A stretch of DNA of 64,000 nucleotides from a virus, in the IMG/VR virus record IMGVR_UViG_3300045988_081755. One strand, written 5' to 3'. The translations under genes were made by a program, and so were the position numbers. Of the stretch, positions 62,981 to 64,000 are shown piece after piece (positions within the stretch are counted from its first letter, which is position 1; each line of letters starts with the position of its first letter). The notes below the pieces were generated by a model. It was not told the origin of the DNA. It ran no database searches and saw nothing but the letters and a program-made list of their open reading frames with translations.

Positions 62981-63616
62981 TTAGGAAAGTTCCCAAGAAG
63001 TATTAGAAATGATTGTCTGAGATACGGCTGCACCGCTTGCTTCCAGAGTGATTGTATCATTACCGAATGCAAACGTCGGGTCACCAGCAGATTGCTTAAT
63101 CTGAATTTGCTGAGACTGCCCTCCAGCGGTCGTAACTTTCATGGCAGCGGTCAATTCATCAACCGATGTATTGGCTGCGATACCTGTGAAAGTAATACTG
63201 AACTCGAACTCCTGAGTCGCTCCAGGGTCACCAGTGATAGCCACATTATTAGTGGTCTCAACTCCACCAGCGGTGTATTTGCTCGGAAGAGTCAATTCCA
63301 AACCTCCCTCAACGACCGCACGAGTTTTCAAATCGACAAGTTCGAAATTCAACTTAGAAGAGTTGGATTTACCTGTGATTGTCAGGGTTCCACCTGCTTT
63401 TCCAACAGTTGTTTCAGCTCCGTCGTTGAACGAAACGAACTCTGCCTTTCCCTTCTGGATTACGGTGTACGTCTTATTCGGAGATACGCCCACTGCCACA
63501 CCAGTCACCGTGGTAGTACGTTGTTCACGACCAGTGTGAACTGTACCTGTGTTCTGAACTGTCGCATTACCATTTCCCGAAGCGGGAGCGACGGTCAGCC
63601 ATACTGCTTTTGCCAT
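62981..63616 (-). CDS. Ig/BACON-like virion protein, paralogue of the N-terminal module of the 1294-aa protein
   Basis: MAKAVWLTVAPASGNGNATVQNTGTVHTGREQRTT.., GKSNSSKLNFEL and DPGATQEFEFS align with the first ~170 aa of the giant protein. The C-terminus reads ..SQTIISNTSWELS. Confidence 0.65.
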   Translation of the reverse strand: MAKAVWLTVAPASGNGNATVQNTGTVHTGREQRTTTVTGVAVGVSPNKTYTVIQKGKAEFVSFNDGAETTVGKAGGTLTITGKSNSSKLNFELVDLKTRAVVEGGLELTLPSKYTAGGVETTNNVAITGDPGATQEFEFSITFTGIAANTSVDELTAAMKVTTAGGQSQQIQIKQSAGDPTFAFGNDTITLEASGAAVSQTIISNTSWELS

Positions 63617-63648
63617 AAATTCACTATTTTAAACGTTAAACAAAATTT

Positions 63649-63656
63649 TTCTCACC
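63649..63656 (-). promoter_or_regulatory. -7 box TATCTTTG
   Basis: Minus strand reads TACTATCTTTGTTGG, in the 70-nt gap before the ATG at 63616. Confidence 0.35.
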
Positions 63657-63686
63657 AACAAAGATAGTAATATTAGAGCGAATTCC

Positions 63687-64000
63687 CTACTCAAGCCTCC
63701 AAGCGGTCTTCGCTTCAATATCCTGTTCCCCTTGATTATTCATTTCATCCAGCCACACATATCCCGACTTAAACTGAAACAGTTCGTTCCCTGTCTGAAG
63801 AACCCAATCTGTATTTGAATAGATAGTATTTTCTCCATTATTAGTAAGCTGGTCGAGCCACACATACGGGTGTGAAAATTCAAAATATTTGTCAATAGGA
63901 GGTGGATTCCAACTTGGGTCTGACCCAACAGGTATCGCATCCTCTATCACAAATCTCCTCACAATTTCAGGTCTAACGATTGAAGCATAATCTCCTATGT
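63687..64000 (-). CDS. partial CDS running off the right edge; C-terminus has two tandem ~32-aa BACON-first-half-like repeats
   Basis: The track start at 63962 is a GTG, and the frame stays open to position 64000. Repeats FEFSHPYVWLDQLTNNGENTIYSNTDWVLQ and FQFKSGYVWLDEMNNQGEQDIEAKTAWRLE. Confidence 0.5.
   Translation of the reverse strand, partial: IGDYASIVRPEIVRRFVIEDAIPVGSDPSWNPPPIDKYFEFSHPYVWLDQLTNNGENTIYSNTDWVLQTGNELFQFKSGYVWLDEMNNQGEQDIEAKTAWRLE

Noticed and set aside
62921-63667. Long plus-strand ORFs, for example 62921..63667 (248 aa), 21033..21626, 8169..8807, 22056..22565, 47043..47603 and 340..729.
   Set aside because: Each is fully antisense to a minus-strand gene that has clear motifs or a clear operon context. 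Their translations are low-complexity (Ser/Leu/Phe/Cys-rich) with no motifs. The open frames are explained by the codon composition of the sense genes.
1-64000. tRNA or rRNA genes, an integrase or lysogeny module, a diversity-generating retroelement or reverse transcriptase, and a major capsid or portal gene.
   Set aside because: The intergenic gaps are all under ~150 nt and are occupied by promoter or terminator-like sequence. No tyrosine or serine recombinase, RT, capsid or portal motifs were recognised in any ORF. These genes may lie outside the window.

Overview
This window is a densely packed segment of a large tailed dsDNA phage genome with a contractile tail. Every credible gene lies on the minus strand, so transcription runs from high to low coordinates. 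The host is probably a Bacteroidota bacterium. This is inferred from TAnnTTTG-type -7 promoter boxes in most intergenic gaps, from BACON-like and InlB-B-repeat (Listeria-Bacteroides repeat) domains in virion proteins, and from a DUF4494-like ORF.

In transcription order the window contains:
- virion-surface repeat proteins
- sheath, tube, tape measure and baseplate genes
- a lysis pair and two fibre-like proteins
- a large terminase whose P-loop is interrupted by a mini-intein
- a replisome: DnaB-like helicase, primase, DnaQ-like exonuclease and Pol III alpha
- a nucleotide-metabolism block that looks like a thymidine-hypermodification pathway: dUTPase, thymidylate-synthase-like hydroxymethylase, dNMP kinase, HD nucleotidase, P-loop DNA kinase candidate and aGPT-pyrophosphorylase candidate
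- a recombination module: gp32-like SSB, Mre11/SbcD, RecA, Rad50/SbcC and RuvC
- NAD ligase, a SNF2/HARP helicase, RNase H, a UvrD-like helicase, a class II RNR and a GroEL-type chaperonin

Four free-standing GIY-YIG homing endonuclease genes are interspersed, and one of them is frameshifted. I saw no tRNA, rRNA, CRISPR array, integrase or reverse transcriptase. All functional calls come from reading motifs in the supplied translations and the DNA by eye. No database or HMM search was run, so family assignments need confirmation.
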